Below are positions 1 to 14,241 of a DNA stretch of 64,000 nucleotides, piece after piece (positions within the stretch are counted from its first letter, which is position 1; each line of letters begins with the position of its first letter). The position numbers and the translations under genes are program-made. Source of the stretch: Balanoglossus misakiensis. Its lineage: Eukaryota > Animalia > Hemichordata. The notes beneath the pieces were generated by a model. The model was given only the letters and a program-made list of their open reading frames with translations, ran no database searches and had not been told where the DNA came from. The stretch spans positions 1,870,925 to 1,934,924 of the forward strand of contig CM082583.2 in NCBI GenBank assembly GCA_040954595.2, read 5' to 3'.

Positions 1-465
1 ATCTCAAAATGGAGACTTGGGGTAGTTGAAGATGCATGCACAAGTCATTTACTCTAACGCTTATAACACATGCATCACACAGCTACCAAAGATATCAAAA
101 AGCAGGTTTTACAGATTTCACACATTGCAACTATATGGAAATAAAAAACTGAGCAGTACACTGTAGACTTTCATTAATTGTCAGAATCAACACCTATTTA
201 ACACCCACGAGGTCCCAATGACATTTAAACATAAAACCAACGGTGAAAACTGACACTATCCAAATTACTTGTTGGATAAGAAACTGTGGATTTGAAATAT
301 GATCTGTGACGAAGAAATGTTCTTATCAAAGAGAATTATTGCCTGAATAAATGGTTTACGGGTCCTCGTGACAGGAGATCATTTGCCCTCCTGCGTTGGG
401 CAAATGTCCCCTTGCACTCGGGTCCATAACCCATGTAGTCCATGCAATAGTGTATAAATACTCAC

Positions 466-3400
466 TTTATACCAAATCGATACCATCCGATTGGTAGTGC
501 ATATAATGCCGGAGGTTCACCACGTTCGTAATACTGGTCATCGCCATGGCACACATGACAGTAACACTTGTCGAACTTGGCATTAAAGAGTTTATCTGCA
601 GTAGAGGGCATTCAACAAGCGTTTAACAAAATTGGGCAATTGTAGTGTTGAAGAGACGAACGCATATATGAAGTTACTTTAACCATTCTTCTTCAAAACG
701 GGTTGCATAATTTTGGAAAAAATAAAAATGCTGTTTTCGATACAGTGACATGGAGCCACAACTACATGCAACATGTGTACATGGGACAAGCAATCCAAAC
801 AATTTCCATTCTATCTACTTTAAAGTTCAACGGTGCCCCTGATTTTTGAATAACAGCACGTTTTTTCCTGTGTATGTAATAAATAGATTATCCGATTAAT
901 GCCACCAATTGCAATAAAGTGTATATTTTAAGAAATATTTATACATGTAGTTAAATATGCATCCTAATCATGCATCCCAAATTCAAATACTAGGTCATCT
1001 TACAGAGTATTTTCGGCGAACCCATTTGAACCATTAATTTCGTGAGAGACTTTAGCATGTGTTATAATCTGAATGTGTTAATTAAATATCTACACAAATT
1101 TGATAGAAAGAAAACGTCATATAGTTTGCAAACATAACAATAAACAAATCACCCACTAATACAATGTATTTTAGCTATGACTAAATCTCTTCATTGCCCA
1201 CCTGGCATGTTCAGTTCCCTCTTCAATTTTTCGGCAATGCCTTTGCACTCACACGATTGTTCTTCGCTGTTAGAGATACCTGCATGGATTAAATAGCACA
1301 ATAAACCACGGTATGCATTATCAGTGCTCTACATAAAACTGAATTAGCCTCATACTTTGATAACATTAAACCGTTACATTCTGCAAGTAGCACTGGTCCA
1401 TAGAAGAGCAATGACGTATGCACTATATGTAAACATTATTGTAACATCGAGCGATTGGCGAGTCAGATCACCAGATAGCCATCACTGATATGGAAACCAG
1501 GCAAGGGTCCATGAAAACATAACGGATATTACTAGAAATAATTCAATTTGACTAAAAGCTGCAAATAATGGCATACAAACAGCGGGGAGAGGAAAATGAA
1601 ATAAAGTGCGATTGTATTTAAGACGTGTTATGTCACGATAAATTGACAATGTGAATACATTTATAATATTTTGTAACGAGGGAAAAATTGTACCTGTTTT
1701 ACGTTTGGTAGTCGCCTTTTCTTCTTGAGGTTTTATGTCAGACAACGCTTTCTGTGCCGTGTAGATATATGTAGGACAGGTATCTACATCTTTTCGCCGC
1801 ACTATTTTCTTCAGTTGTTTATAGTAGTCTCCCATGGCCAGTTCAGCACTGCATTCTGATTTGTTTCGAACGAGCACAAGCAAGGTAGTGGCTGCACAAT
1901 CCTTTTCCGCTTGCTTTCCCGTTTTGATCAGCGATAGCAACAATTTAACTGTACCTTTTCTGACAATGTTGGCGGTGTTGTACTTGTTAGATGCAAGTAC
2001 ACCGAGGCCTCTAACAATTTCGACACTAACTGTATCACTTGCATAAGGATTTTTACCGCTGTCAGCATTTTTCAACAAAGTGTGCAGGCAATCTGTAACT
2101 TCCTTCGGAACACAGAAATCCTGTTGCTCATCCTTTGGCATGACATTGGTCAGCGTAAGAGTCAACAATGCCGACCATCCTGAATTGCTGTGGTTCACCG
2201 ATTTCTTCAGCGTTTGGAAGGCTTCGATGCCGAGAAATACCGATCTGTTCTCCTTGTACTTTGAGCAATGATACAGAATAAGTAGCATTCCCTCGCGAAG
2301 GTCGTCCTAAAATCAACAAGTGACAACATGAGCCTGATGTAGAACTGAACTTGTGACAGAACTCAATGACCTCTGCTTGCAATTCGCACAGAAAGTATTT
2401 TCACGAGTGATGCGGTGTATTCTGTGGCACTACATTCACGAGCGTAACGACACAGATCGCGCAAAGAAGCCATGGAGTTCTGTCATAGTAATAGTCTGGA
2501 ATCCCGACTGGCGTGGTTGAGGCTAGGGGGAACATAGGTCAGTCGGGTTTACAGACTATCATGATAATAGCACATGCGCAATAGTCGGTATCAGCCTTAA
2601 CCATCATGTAGAGAAGGTTGAGTGTACAATACTCACGCTTCTTGAAATGCCATCAATTAGTTTGTCGACCAGGAATCCAAACAGGTCAGTCTGTCCGAAA
2701 CGATTGCTAAGCTTACGACTGACTCTTGCGTAAACATGGCACGTTTCAATTACTTTTTTTCGTAGCAATCTGGAGATCTTGCAAGTATTCGCTGTCGCTT
2801 GTATTTTCATCTTCCTTTTCAATAAGATGAAAGAAATCGTCGCTAAATCAGTTGCAGCGCCCAATTTTGCCAGGTGGTCACCTATTTGTCTGAGGGCGTC
2901 GTCTTTGAAATGCTTGTGCGGTTTCAGTATGAACGTTTCGATAATTTTAGGGGTCTTCAAAGGATAGTCTTTCACGTCATTCTTGCACTGTTTCAAAGCA
3001 ATGACAACCTTTCTCACTTGTGTCATCACAGATCGAACCTCCTTCTCTTTATAGTCTTTGTCAACAGGAAATGGGTTCTTCGCCTTGAAGTATCCATCGT
3101 ATTTCTCTTTATAAGAGTTCTCTGTAAAGTGAATTTATATGATATTATTTACCCGAGGGATTATTCATTTCATGACAAGAAACCAATTATAAAAAACTTG
3201 TGTAGTTTGAACAGCTTAAATTTAGCCCTGCTAACCGACCAATAGAATATTTTTGCCACACCAGTTCTGCGTGATTGTTATAATTTACCTCACATTATTT
3301 TCTTTTAGTGAAAGGAAATGACAATAAAACGTACAAACCTCTCGAGTGTGATGTCCCAAGTTCGCCAGCCTGCCAAATTGGACATGTCACTTTTGCAAAC

Positions 3401-6244
3401 GTAAACACCACACTTTCGTGAAATTCCAATACATTAAAATCGAACTTATTCAAACTTAGCCTAAAGATTACGAAGGTGGATTAGAAAATTTCATTTTGTG
3501 TCCTGTTATTCTAGATCAACGAACTTCAGGCAAACTCGAATCAACCCCAGCTTCGACCACTTTCTATTACACCAATGTATCAAACTACATTGACTTGCTC
3601 GATGTTGAACAGTTATTTGTTTGCTGCTATAAATGTGATTAATGCAAGGTACCCGGGCTCGAGAACAAATCATTTCTAGTTTCTCTGACTATGGTTTGTG
3701 ATCCTTCACTGAAATCTGAAGTTGTTTTCCAGTTGTCTTGGGAAGAATAGAAACGCAATACCATGCAAAGGCAGATAATTAATATTGACTTAATGTTACA
3801 AGCAAAGTAATGTTCAGCTGCATTGCCGATTTGAACACCTTATCATGACTTGGAATGGTTAAATAAACAAACCCATGAGTCGAACAAATTCTTAGTCACA
3901 TTTTTCATCCAAAACACCGAGCTACGATAATTTCTTCTGTATATAAGGAATACAGTATTGTTTGTACAACTTGTTCGTATTTAGCATGTGTGATTTTACA
4001 TAACTTACCAGCACATATAGATACACAGGTACCTCTACCAAACATATCAACCACACCATAGAGTTCTTGGTTTCCCCAACCGCGGTCCCTTAAAGCGATC
4101 CGATCCACTTTCTTGTCATTGACATAGAGTATTAAATCATTTACAGTTTTCTCGACTCCAATTGTATCCCCAACCTTTTTAAAAATAAGATATTGTCAAT
4201 TAGTTCACTATGGCTGCCTTCATAAGTCATAAAACAAACGTCAAATATGGATAGTATACAGAAAATGGCATCAGTTTGAAATATAATTAATCATTGTATC
4301 AAGTCTGCCACCACCTGATGGTGCTGTCATTGCGTATAATGGCTTTAGAAATAAACAAAATTCGCCTGCATTTTTGGCATTTTATGCAAATGAGTAAGCA
4401 AGTGGGACTACGATCTGTTTGTAAACATCGAACGTCAAGAACGCTGGAACTAGGTTATGATCTCCGATACGTGGGGATATTTCAACATTTTGGCATGTCT
4501 ATCCTTTAAAGTATTGTCAGAATAACAAAACATTTAGATGTCTTACGAAAATCTCTCGTTATCGCTGAGCTAAACCACCGATGAAATGACCCGATATGAC
4601 CCTACTTTGCATAACAAAGGTTACGTCATTTTGTCCAATGAACGGCCTTTTCTGGGTTGCATCGCCACTGGCGCACCACTGTATTGAAAATCAATACGCC
4701 GCCATCGAAACTTCGATTTTTGCCAAATCTAAGAAAACATATGCAATAATAACAGAACTACGTTACCTCTGCGCGCGATTAGAGCCGTTCAGAAGTTATT
4801 TTCACTTGTGATGCGGAGTATTCTGCCGTATTTACACTCGCTACGCCCGTGAAAGTACTGCAGAATAAGCCGCATCACTCATGAAAATAAGTTCTGACAC
4901 ATCAAGTACAGAACACTAAACATTAATCTTATACTTACCGTACACTCTTGCAGGTCCATTTCAATATTCCGTAGAAATTTTCCTCCTACATAAACGTTTT
5001 TGTCAGACCAAATAATATTCACATCGTCTTTAAAGTCCAGCATATTTGATGGGTACTCAATAGACAGTGGTGACTTCGATGTTGCACCAATAGTAATATT
5101 TCGTCCGCGATCATCTTCATTTGGCTCTATTTGGATTTTGAACATAACACCAACTTTCAAAGGTTTGTCTGTCATGACCATTCCGTCACCAACGGTCTTG
5201 GCTTTCCTAATGGCAGCAATGGAATGTAAAAATATCAATAAAATTATGTACTGCCACCTCTACCTCTGTATAAACCAAGATCTATTTCACGGAATCAGAA
5301 TGTGGCCAAACGTGCCAAATCAGTTATCAAGCAAATCCACACATCCGCACACAAAACAACCAAGGTAATATAATCTTACTTCGATCTTTTGGCCCCTGTG
5401 ACTGCTTTGCCCACTTTGACGAGTTTGACATTTTTGCCGCTCCGTGAGTGAACATTGTATTGTCCCATGGTACTAAATTCATCGTGGCTAACATCCTGCT
5501 TTTGTTCCTCACCGACCGCATGATTGCGTCTTGGCGTACCCATGTCGTCTTCACTACCACCGGTCCCTTTGCTTGTATCTGTGCATTCTGACTGACGGTC
5601 TACTGCATCATCGCTTGTGCATTTGCCGTCAGCTTCCACGATTATGCTGTTTTGACGAGCCTTTGAATGTTTGTCTCCGTCCTCGAATTCATCGCTGTTA
5701 CATTCCCTGTCACAACTGCTATTGGATTCGGTGTCCGATATTGCGATGTCACCACTGATCATGTCTGCTTTGGTGGTTTGTCGAGGACCAATCGTATGTT
5801 TATTGGGCAATGTCTTTTTCGCGCAATCGGTATGATCAACCGAAACCTTCTTGGTATCGCTAAGACTACTACTTCCACTGTCAGGCAGTAGATGCTCGCT
5901 GTGTTCGTCTGGTTGTTCATCTGGTATGGTATGCTGAAAATGGATGGCTATGTTTGGCTTTTCGTCTTGGCTCGCCGAGCTGCATCTCACATCACTAGGC
6001 CTACGCGTACATACGCCTTCTTCCATCAAGACGTCATCTATCTGGATGCCGCCGTCTTCTAATACTGTGTTGTTTTGCAGGAAATCGTCGTTGGAGTTGT
6101 TACCAGTCAGTACCAATTTTTTTGAACTAGAAACCTCCATGTTGGATTTGTATTCACGCCTTGAACAATCGTCACAGTCCTGTACCACCGTATTCCTGCG
6201 TAACAAGTCTTGAAATAAAGTTTGAATATCTCTAGCCCCGTCTC
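466..6244 (-). CDS. Neuralized/NEURL4-like multidomain protein (acidic region - NHR - armadillo-type region - start of NEURL4-type ART/PARP-like domain); partial at both ends
   Basis: Phase-consistent GT-AG exons: 6244-5380, 5206-4939, 4174-4009, 3121-2637, 2306-1694, 1279-1202, 595-466, continuing below position 1. The NHR signature spans three exons (HSRSGKNVKL.. / GMVMTDKPLKVGVMFKIQI..ITIGATSKSP / VGDTIGV..LYVND..LYGVVDMFGRG). Exon 2306-1694 is helical and ARM-like (EIVRGLGVLASN..IVRKGTVKLLLSL). The last two exons give C..MPDKLF..CYCHVC..RGEPPALYALPIGWYRFG, matching my recollection of the NEURL4 C-terminal region. The start codon was not resolved. Confidence 0.82.
2492..2558. mobile_element. 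Mini-MITE with TAG termini in an intron
   Basis: TIRs tagtctggaatcccgactg / cagtcgggtttacagacta; imperfect 9-bp flanking duplication tcatagtaa (2483-2491) / tcatgataa (2559-2567). Confidence 0.6.
4793..4893. repeat. Imperfect palindrome (foldback element)
   Basis: Arms ttattttcacttgtgatgcggagtattctgc / gcagaataagccgcatcactcatgaaaataa around a ctcgctacgcccg centre. Confidence 0.6.
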
Positions 6245-6417
6245 CTGTAATAAAAAAACACTCAAGGTCATGTTATACGACAAATATGATTTTAATCGAA
6301 TACCGCGGGCTATTAGTTTAGTGATCCATTCTTCATGTTGATATACGTTGAGCTACATGTATGCATGTGATAATCATATTACCTCCCAACGGATGTACGC
6401 CATTAGAGAAACATAAT

Positions 6418-6761
6418 TTAAAGGGACAAAGTCTCTCTCACATGCCTTTTTCCATTAATCATGTTTGATACAAGACACCGATCATGTTATTCTACATGTG
6501 GATATATAGAGAATCAACACTCGACCACACACAACTTCCATCCCATTTGTAGGATGTGAGAGTAAAAAATCCCACCAAAATGAATAAATGGTAAACACCG
6601 ATTATTCATTTCGGCGAGTTTTTCACTCTCGTGGCGACAAGAGAGTGCGTGGTTGAACGTTGATTCACTATAAATCCACATGTAGAGTAATATAAACGGT
6701 GTCTTGTATCAAATATAATTAATGGAAAAGGGGCAGTGAGAGAGAAACTTTGTCCATTTAA
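6418..6761. mobile_element. Foldback MITE with TTAA ends (Kolobok-like)
   Basis: Starts TTAAagggacaaagt and ends actttgtccatTTAA; the two halves are diverged inverted copies; related half-copies at 21455-21648 and 43612-43826. Confidence 0.72.
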
Positions 6762-8456
6762 GATCGTTTGTCTTTGATACTTGACATTGAAAAAAACTAT
6801 ATGCGATATTCACATTTGCTTTGTTAAAACAGTTACTTGGGAAATATCAGTACGCTTGCTGACTAACCAAAACATGAAATGCCCAGTGACAATGTTAATC
6901 TAAATGTTATATTATATTATACCAGTATATTGATGGTGTAAATCACGTTATTTGATTGGTCGAGACACGACACGTGACCGTGATATATTAGCCATATATC
7001 AGTCATATATCATAGTCAAAGAAAATGCCTTTTTAAAATGTTTTATGCAAAGTTTCAATATACTGGCATAATATAATAGCAATAAAACACCCCCAGCCAT
7101 GGTATACCACGAGATTTTGACATTGGTCATTTTAAATGTGTGTCTAAGTTGCAAAGCATGACCTAAAGTGGAGTTCATTTAATATAAAATCCATGACACA
7201 TTGTTTTGGTCTTTTGGAATTAGGGGTCCATATATCTTTCTTTCGCGGACTTTACTTGGTTTTGAGACGGACGTGTCCATTGTTAATATTTCTGGGCGAA
7301 AAGACGTCATTTTTGAAATTTCCCTGACTTCATGAATTACCGTGACTGGCCGAATTAAAGCAAGATTTCTAATTGAGTCTAATCCTAGTCGAAGTGAGTT
7401 TACTAACAATTCTCAATGTAATCCTACTCTCACTCCCGACAAATGTGTACATGCAACAACACAACTGTTCTGCTTTTTCATTTTCAAATAACCAAGATCA
7501 TATTTGGGCACAGCTTACACTTTGTTTTCAAATTCGAACTCAATGAAGCATATCATATGTCTGTCAGTAAGTAATCAATCTTGCTCGACCTCTGGGAAGA
7601 ACATCAGTCCTCAACCATTCCCCTGATGGTCCCAGTTGGTTTAATAAAAGCAGTGGGTGGTGACAGTCATTTGAATGTAATTTTCATGCGGCACTGAAAC
7701 AAAACGTGCTTGCAATGGGCTTGGCACTGTCTAGGATGGCCGTGAGCACCATCCTGCTGATAGCGAAGTGTAATTTATTTTCGAACAGACAGATTATTAC
7801 ATTAATAAGTTAGTGTTTCGTATTTTTGCTGAGATATCGAACGTAAATTGCGCGTTCCGATAACGTGCCCGGTGACTGCATGACCCTATTTTTACCGGTT
7901 ACTTGAACTTTAGAGTCGAACAAACAAATAAGGAAAAGGCAACCGTGATAAACACATGAAAAAACTGTCAATTAATGTCAGAGTGTGCCATTTGACTTGT
8001 TGGATCATGTAGCGTCAGGATCCTCGGCATCTCTATTTATACAGTAGACTATTTACTAAGTATTCCAGGAATCTTAAATGAGGTCAGGGGATGGCCTTGA
8101 AACGTTTTGGGATGGGGGAGGCTTAAAATTATTGGGGTGTCGGGGATGTGTGATATTACTTGTTTGGTGATTTTATAGATGAACGCAAAATAATTTCATG
8201 TATCCCGTTTAGAAGATGATTCAAAGATAATTGCTTCCCTCATCTATAAGTATTCACAACTATTAACAGCATACAAGAACCGCATCATACTTGGTCGGGA
8301 TACAAAACAAACATTGCATCACGACTAAACTAGATTTAATATATAGGGTTAATATATGCTACTGGAATGCTGATAAACAAGCGCCACTCTAACATAAAAT
8401 GGTTTCATGTTTTATAGGTACTCCATTATATGAGCATACTTCGGCCTGTAGAAACT

Positions 8457-8580
8457 CAATCTGATTAAAATCAGATGTAGGGAACGGCGACGTGTTTTTT
8501 ATGCTGTCGCCCACACTACTAGTGTAGGCGACAGCATAAAAACACGTCGCCGTTCCCTACATCTGATTTTAATCAGATTG
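8457..8580. mobile_element. Near-perfect hairpin MITE with 8-bp target duplication
   Basis: About 60-bp inverted arms caatctgattaaaatcagatgtagggaacggcgacg.. / ..cgtcgccgttccctacatctgattttaatcagattg; gtagaaac at 8448-8455 and 8581-8588. Confidence 0.85.
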
Positions 8581-8987
8581 GTAGAAACCCTGCTTTGCTC
8601 GAACAGATATACAAAACTAGGTTACTCAGACCGCAAACTCTATTGACCGTAAACGGGATGGGAACCCAATTTTAACCTGCCCCCCCCCCCCTTTGGTGAA
8701 AACATTATCAGTTGCCATCATCTTTAAAATAGGCTGTCTATTATCGAGCATAAGGCTGACATGTGGCCATCCTGCTGGTGCAAATTAGTAAGTTTAGGCT
8801 TAGTTTAGTCGTTCAGATATATGGTAGATATTTTTTTTTGTAAGCGCATCAATCATTTTCCGAACTCGAAGAGACGCGGCGGTGCAAAAGTATTCCCGTA
8901 GGCCGGCCTATATGTGCTGGCTCGCTTGGGACGGGGCTCGCTAGCTGCAAGTACACGTCAGCGATCGTTCCACCTTTCTCATTAAGC

Positions 8988-9125
8988 AATAATCCCCGCC
9001 GCAGGCGGGTATACACGAGATTTTGGTACAATTCGAGACATATAGCACGAGCCGTCAGGCGAGTGCTATATGGAGCGAATTGTACCCAAATCGAGTGTAT
9101 ACCCAACTGAGGCGGGGGTTATGGC
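8988..9125. repeat. Imperfect palindromic repeat, followed by (attct)n
   Basis: Arms ccccgcc..gggtatacacgagattt..gtacaattcg..atatagcac / gtgctatat..cgaattgtac..aaatcgagtgtataccc..ggcgggg; a related arm fragment lies near 7075-7120. Confidence 0.65.
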
Positions 9126-9781
9126 TATTATATTCTATTCTATTCTATTCTATTCTATGGCTATTATATTATATCAACAATTGATTTTGTGGCATACCAG
9201 TGTCATTTTCTTAATGAAACAACGTCAGAAAAAGAAGTTACGATCGTGAATCAACATGACGACGATAAATGTAACTACGAGCGGCCCGGGATCGAGCATT
9301 AAACATGAAGCACAGGACAAAAAGTGACAAAAGTGCAAAATATTCAGAGCAGAGCAGTTCCAAAATAAAAATTCTGTAAATTCAAGTGTTATTATGTTAT
9401 TTATTTGGTTTAATACGGTGGTTTTACCGCACATTTTCCGTGCTGTGCTGCATGCTAGTTCAGGGGCCCGTTTTGCCATTGCCAGCAGTGGTAAAACTGT
9501 ATTTTACCATCGCTCTCGTCCAATCAAAATCGCGGACGGTAGCATGATATAATATAATATTGATTTTACCAAGCGATATACTTTTGGAACCGTCATTTTT
9601 ATTTCGTTTTTTACTGAACACTGGTACACGCACTTGTAATTCTGTTTTACAAGAAAGTAACAGCGATATTGGCGAATCAGTGGAAATAGTTCAGGTTGAT
9701 GTGGCAATACGGGCCAGTTTATTTGATAATTTTTAAACAAACACTGCACCTGTTCTAGTTTCATACAAAGCTTATTACCCT

Positions 9782-10280
9782 AGGAGATAGGTGCCGTTAA
9801 TCAGAAAAAATTAAAACACATGGCATTTTTGTATTGATTGAGGTCAAAAAAACTGCTTTACTTTTTAAAGTCACCACTTTTAACATAGAATTGACTTTCC
9901 ATATCTCACCAGATAAATCATTATGAAGAAAACCATGTGTTTTAATTTTTTTCTAAAAATGACGTTTTTGGGGCAAAAAATGGTCAAAAAGGCACTTTTG
10001 TGTTGTTTTGGGTCAATCTGACTGCTTTTTTCGTATTATTCACCAAATTTTACAGAGAATAAACATATTATATGTCATCAAAACTCAGAGTGTGACGAAA
10101 ACAGTGTGTTTTTAGTGTTTTCTAAAAATGACCCTTTTTGGGTTAAAAATGGCCAAAATGGCAATTTCGTCTTGAGTGGGGTCAATAAGACTGACTTTTT
10201 TGGAATCAGCACCATTTTTACATAGAATGGACTTCTCAAACCTTCCTTACCAAAATTCTGATTAACGGCACCTATCTCCT
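9782..10280. mobile_element. Non-autonomous TIR element with internal tandem subrepeats
   Basis: Perfect 25-bp TIR aggagataggtgccgttaatcagaa / ttctgattaacggcacctatctcct; internal diverged repeats (tttttctaaaaatgac..tttttgggg..aaaaatgg). Confidence 0.75.
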
Positions 10281-13192
10281 GGACTATATTCTTGGCTACC
10301 AAGCCCTTGCTATATCACGGTAATTAACCAAGTCTTCGCGCGTCACCTCGTAATGAGCGGAAAATCATCTATTTGGCTTTGAGCAAAAATAGTTTTTCAC
10401 CGATACTGATGAAGTACTACACCCAAAAACACGAAATATATGCTAAATCAATAAGTTCATCCGCATACAAGCCAACATGTCTCTAATAACTGGACGTTAT
10501 ACAGGACGAATATTTTAACTTTCTACACCATTTTTATCTTATACCTTGAACATGATTTATGAGTTGAATGGTCAACATAGGCTTTAAAACGACAAAGCAA
10601 GAATCAACTTACCTTAAATCAACCGGGCAGCAATAAAGAGAACGCAGAGAACGTGTTGGTGATGTTGATGGTGAGGATAACACGGATAAAATGATTCTGA
10701 GACACAGTGCCATGTAGGCTTAACCAATTTAAGATAAACGTGATGAGCGTCACCTCATCATTCTTTCTGACAGCAAACGGCAAATGAACCAATCGGGTGA
10801 GGAGTCTTCACAACAATTCGCCCCATGGTGATATCTCAGAATCAGGGTTCCATCGTGGTCGCTGAAAAGTTAAATAAACAGCTGACGTCCACGCTTACTT
10901 ATTATTTTATTAACATCTGGTCAGGGATGGGTCTGTACATGTAATTAGCACAAACATCCAGTCAGATCAAGCCACATATATTTGCCTTGGTATTCTGAAA
11001 CTGAGACCCATAGTCGACATAGAACTGGCCTTTAGATGAAAACTTTGCGTCACCCAAACTTGCAAGTAGATGATTAACGATTCGTCAATGGCAAACTTTT
11101 AGAACTGGACTGATGGAAATGGTGGCCCGAACTGGCCTTTAGATGAAAACTGTGTGCGCATGCTCCATTGATATGTTCTCTGGTGAAAACATTTCTACGT
11201 CATGCAATACTTTCTTGTATATGATTATGATTTTCGACAATCGTAAACTTCAGAATTTGAAAAATGTAGTATACTGCTGGAAATGTAATTTCCTGGCCGT
11301 GCATGGGTTCTGAGGTTAAGTTTTTTCTCCTATATCTCACTTTTGAAGTATACCATGGAGATATTACTACGTGGACGCATTGTGTCCATGCATGTCAGAA
11401 AGTTTTTCGAATTTTGGGGGAAGATTAATGCCTGGCCTATTCTTTATTGCCATAAGTGTTTCCCTAACACAGATGAAATGTGCAGAGAACACTAGTGGGT
11501 AAAAGATATATCTGTTTATAAATGATTTAGAATTGACAAGAGCGCGAAAAGCAGAAATAAAATGGGGAGTACATGTACTCTAGCTCTTGGGGGAAAATAG
11601 ATGGCTTGAAAGAAACAGCAAAGAAGTCGGTCAGTTTTCGTCTCTTCTTTGTAGCATTCATAATAAAAATGCACACTCTTGCGGAGGAGACAGCAAAATC
11701 AACAACATTATCAATTGCCGCCATCTTTAGTTATCAACCCTCATTTAACATTTAAACTACCGTATATTGGACATTTTGACATTGAGTTTTGATGCTGCCA
11801 ACTACATATATTCAAGAGTTAATTTTCATTAAAACCACCGGTCTACTGCTACTCCGGGACGTTTTACTGATGTGCCGACACAGCGGGACCATTTTATTCT
11901 AGTCGTTTATTGTTTAAGTTAGTAGGATATTCGATTTTATCTTAAAACAAGCATCCGGACTGGGGTATCGAGTCGGACGTAGTAGTTTGCGAGTGTGGAG
12001 TGATGCCTGAACAGAGTTCAATGGGAACTTTATCAGACTGAGTATCATGACATAAGGCTTGATGATCGCCGCCGTGTCGAAAATAAATCTATCAATCTGA
12101 CGAGGGGGAGTGGCTTAACTGAGATTGACGTTTACAATTATTTCAAGTTCATACCAGTTCGCTGTTAGTCATTTGCAAGTCATGTTTGACTCAACTACAG
12201 GTTCTTTCCTCTAAACATGTTGGTAGACTGTGATGACAATTTAACATATTATGTAAACACAGCCATGTTATTGATTTATCAGTGCTATAAGTGTCGAACT
12301 ACAACTGACAGTGTATTATCCGCCTGACTACAGATTGTGCTTTTCATACTTACACTGAACTTTGTTGACAAGTGAATACTTGGCACCTGGATGTGGTTTA
12401 TACTCAGTGTAATAGGCAATTAAAATAAAGCTATAAAAAATTAGGATTGTACGCAATCACATTCCAGTATTATAGGTGCGAAAAGAGGGTGATGAAATAA
12501 GATAGATATGTGAAGTAGGCCTATTCTTGTGTGGAAAACAGGCAGTCATGGAGAAACTGTCGGCAAATAAGCCATTTTTGCCAGCTTTCTTGTGTTATCC
12601 ACACCATTCATAACGACCTGTACATACTTTGAGGAGCAAACGTCACCTCGGTGTCACTGCCCCACGATTAGTGATAACCGACCAACAGAATTATCAATTG
12701 CCGCCACCAAACCTCATTGATCAAGTTATCTCGGACGCTCTGTCACATTGCGGCCTGACGTTGTTAACTCTTGAATTATAAAGAGGTTTTTTTATCCCCG
12801 CGACCGACCTACTTCTGGTCCAGGCATGTCCCTGATGGACTAAGTCGGTCGGCAAACTGAAGATTGGCGACGCCAGCACGCTTCTCGGAATTTCAGGTTC
12901 CATTACGTTTGCTTAAGGTGGGGTGATTATCGGGCTTACCTTGAATAAACCGGGCTGACGATATCGACGTCGAAGTCTGCACGTCTGAAGTGGTGCCCGG
13001 AGCAGATGGATGTTATTCAGTTGCGAGCCACCTATCGACCATCAGTTTGGCTTTAAGCCTAATCATAGCACTGACATGTGGATTTTTATTCGGAAAAAGA
13101 TTCTCAGTTATCACAGAAGTCGTAACACGCCTGTGTTTGTCACTTTCATGGATGTGTCGAAGGCCTTTGATTATGCTCGCTTTGATATTTTG

Positions 13193-14134
13193 GTGTAATG
13201 CTAACAAACCTACTATTAACGTCAACAAAACTAATTTCATGGTTATAAAATCACCTCAAAAGAAAATTGACTTACATGGCAATATATTTCTTTCTCATCA
13301 TATGATCGAGGAAGTTACATCGGCAAGTTATCTTGGTATTTCCATTGACCCATCACTTACTTGGACTTCACACGTGTAAAATGATATTTTGAAAATCAGC
13401 CCCAAAATTGGTGTCCTTTCTCGCATCAGACATTTTGTACCAAGGTCAATTCTTATCATGAACTATAACACATTTAACTTACTGCATCTAACGTATTGTC
13501 TAGAAATATGGGGTAATACTTACACTACATTATTAAATCCCATTCTCCGCCTACAGAAAAAAGCTGTTCGTCTTATTACGTTTTCTGACATCACTGTACA
13601 CTCCGAACCTTTATTCCGCCAACTAAATATATTAACTCTTCCGAAACTCATTAAATACTCTTCCTGTTTATTTATCTTTGATTCATTTAATAATATTTTC
13701 CCAACAAACATTTCCAACTATTTTGAAATCTTTACCCATACCTATTCTACTCGATCGCCTGGTTGTGGCAATCTTCGAATACCGAATGCTAGACTTAGTA
13801 TTACTCAACATAACATTGTCTTTTCTGCAGTCAAACAGTGGAATTCACTACCGTATCATCTCAAACATATAAAATCGAGATGTAATTTTCAAGGAGCTTT
13901 AAAATTATATTTATTAAATTTGTAAAAACTTTTCTGTTATGTCTTATAGGTTTCCTTTTTCACAACACTGTGTGATTATTTTGTAATTTTATTACTGTAA
14001 TTCCTGGGCCGTGGACTCGATTAGTCCATTTGGACTATTTCCATGGTCCTAACCAGATATAGACTCTTTTGTCTTACTTTTTTCGACGAATTGTAATTGT
14101 GTAACACTTAGCTTAAATGTATGTTCAACTCTAT

Positions 14135-14201
<67 letters not shown>

Positions 14202-14205
14202 TTTC

Positions 14206-14241
<36 letters not shown>

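Noticed and set aside
3339-3369. 31-nt AG..GT candidate micro-exon on the minus strand
   Set aside because: Inclusion would shift the frame between exons 4174-4009 and 3121-2637
10613-10713. Possible first coding exon of the NEURL4-like gene (ATG..AG/gtaagt, minus strand)
   Set aside because: It ends in phase 2 while the 6244 acceptor needs phase 1; it may be UTR or need an unseen exon, so it is not included in the model
12058-12102. C/D-box-like tgatga..ctga
   Set aside because: Too short, no terminal stem and no recognisable guide
12590-13005. Possible LTR with AATAAA and a PBS-like tggtgccc
   Set aside because: No CA end, no second LTR and no gag/pol sequence
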